Shown here piece after piece: positions 62,896 to 64,000 of a stretch of 64,000 nucleotides of DNA (within the stretch, counting starts at the first letter, position 1; each line of letters starts with the position of its first letter). The notes under the pieces are model-generated. The model searched no databases. It had not been told where the DNA came from and saw nothing but the letters and a program-made list of their open reading frames with translations. Source of the stretch: an uncultured Methanosarcinales archaeon (GTDB lineage Archaea; Nanobdellota; Nanobdellia; Woesearchaeales; JAGLXL01); contig CAYLKE010000003.1 of NCBI GenBank assembly GCA_964384425.1, positions 26,147 through 90,146 of the forward strand. The letters run 5' to 3'. Position numbers and translations under genes: made by a program.

Positions 62896-64000
62896 ATGAA
62901 GAATAATTTTACTGTTGCTGATTTTTTTTGTGGTGCTGGAGGGTTCTCTGAGGGCTTTAGACTAGCTGGATTTGATGTAGTATTTGCTTTAGATAATTGG
63001 GACATTGCAAGACACACTCACAAACTTAATCATCCAAAATCTAAACATCCTGGTCTTGATTGTTTTCATGAAACGAGAGGCGATATACTTTCCATTCCAC
63101 CTGAAAGAGTTGACGAGATTGTTGATGATACTGATGTCATTGTAGGCTCTCCACCTTGTGTTTCTTTCTCATCTTCAAATAGAGCAGGAAAAGCTGATAA
63201 ATCGTTAGGTATAAAGTTGATTGAAAAATATTTTCAGATAGTGGCTATTAAAAAACACAAGAAAAATTCAGTATTAAAGTATTGGATTATGGAAAATGTT
63301 CCTAACGCAAGAAAATTTATAAAAAAATCCTATACATTCAAAGAAATAGGACTTAACAACAAAATTCTAAAGAAGTTGAAGATAAGAAAAAAAGAGAACG
63401 ATGTTGCTCTTGAAATAAATTCCTCTTCAAAGATATATAATTCTGTTTACTTTGGTGTACCACAAAAAAGAAAAAGATTTTTTTGTGGAGATTTTCCAAT
63501 ACCAAAGAAAAAAACAAAATCAAGAGAAGAGACATTCACTTTAGGAATGGTTTTAGACTCATTAAGACCAAATGGAAATCTAAAAAAAGATCCACTCTAC
63601 AATTTTACAATTAATGATAATGAACTTACTGATCATTATTATGATACTACCATTCCCGAATTAGCTTGGAAGCAAGCCAAACTTAAAAAACAACAAGCCA
63701 GATATTATGGCAGAATGTCTTTTCCAGAGAATGAAAAAGCTCCTAGTAGGACCATTATGGCGACTAAATCTAATATGACTCGAGAAGCGATGATTTTTCA
63801 TAATGGAAAACCAAATGTTTATCGAGCACCAACTATAAGAGAAATTGCTTCGATAATGTCTTTTCCAATAACCTATCTTTTTCAAGGTAATAATGAATTA
63901 GATAAATATAGGCTTGTTGGGAATGCTGTCTGTCCAAAAATGGCGTTCGCTTTTGCAGAAGCCATTTTACTTGATCGAAATAAAAAACCTAAACTATCCA
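62896..64000 (+). CDS. dcm: DNA (cytosine-5)-methyltransferase, partial (runs off window end)
   Basis: Own translation, not in the track. Motif I FCGAGG, IV GSPPC, VI ENV, VIII QKRKR, IX TIREIASIMSFP, X GNAV. No stop codon up to position 64000; aagaggt lies upstream of the ATG. Confidence 0.9.
   Translation, partial: MKNNFTVADFFCGAGGFSEGFRLAGFDVVFALDNWDIARHTHKLNHPKSKHPGLDCFHETRGDILSIPPERVDEIVDDTDVIVGSPPCVSFSSSNRAGKADKSLGIKLIEKYFQIVAIKKHKKNSVLKYWIMENVPNARKFIKKSYTFKEIGLNNKILKKLKIRKKENDVALEINSSSKIYNSVYFGVPQKRKRFFCGDFPIPKKKTKSREETFTLGMVLDSLRPNGNLKKDPLYNFTINDNELTDHYYDTTIPELAWKQAKLKKQQARYYGRMSFPENEKAPSRTIMATKSNMTREAMIFHNGKPNVYRAPTIREIASIMSFPITYLFQGNNELDKYRLVGNAVCPKMAFAFAEAILLDRNKKPKLS

Noticed and set aside
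63353-63885. Two minus-strand ORFs (63353..63535 and 63661..63885)
   Set aside because: They lie antisense within the m5C methyltransferase reading frame, which carries all ten conserved motifs.
22621-64000. Search for an integrase or transposase that could drive the cassette arrays
   Set aside because: Only a 74-aa IS5-type C-terminal fragment (22745..22969) was found. No tyrosine or serine recombinase motifs were recognised in any ORF of the window, so none is reported.

Overview
Strongly AT-rich archaeal sequence, roughly 25-30% GC judged by eye. Archaeal hallmarks are a Spt5-SecE pair, a proteasome beta subunit, a KH/beta-CASP aCPSF1, an archaeal-type AspRS, an intron-containing tRNA, and palindromic ATTTATAAAT TATA boxes about 26 nt upstream of apparently leaderless genes. 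The N/K-rich proteins suggest a reduced, DPANN-like genome; this lineage call is inference. Positions 1-22.6 kb are mostly housekeeping and surface proteins. They also hold a candidate RiPP locus: two radical-SAM enzymes, a 21-aa peptide ORF, a creatininase-family protein and a degenerate aaRS paralog. From about 22.7 kb the window is accessory, starting with an IS fragment, a decayed RelE/RHH pair and a cluster of three Ser/Thr-kinase-like genes. At 33-53 kb there is a cassette array built on two reused junction sequences: the 3' end of an Lrp/AsnC gene, and a ~100-nt repeat carrying the promoter and 5' end of radC. The array carries five HEPN-MNT pairs, PIN and RHH genes, and DinD and ORF6N fragments. 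It also carries a 6.5-kb direct-repeat-bracketed cassette encoding a nucleotide/nucleobase-modification toolkit: TGT/DpdA-like, QueD-like, a RibD-deaminase-kinase fusion, an Fe-S HhH-GPD glycosylase, a PfkB kinase, a PurA/PurZ-like synthetase with Asp->Asn in the P-loop, Nudix and HD. Positions 53-64 kb form a defence-type island punctuated by GC-rich structured repeats. It contains MazG plus a DUF2075-type nuclease-helicase, a HEPN/Abi-like gene, a large PD-(D/E)xK + Zn-ribbon protein, a DUF4238-like gene and an m5C methyltransferase. No intact integrase or transposase, rRNA or CRISPR array was seen. All family assignments rest on motifs read by eye, not on database searches.
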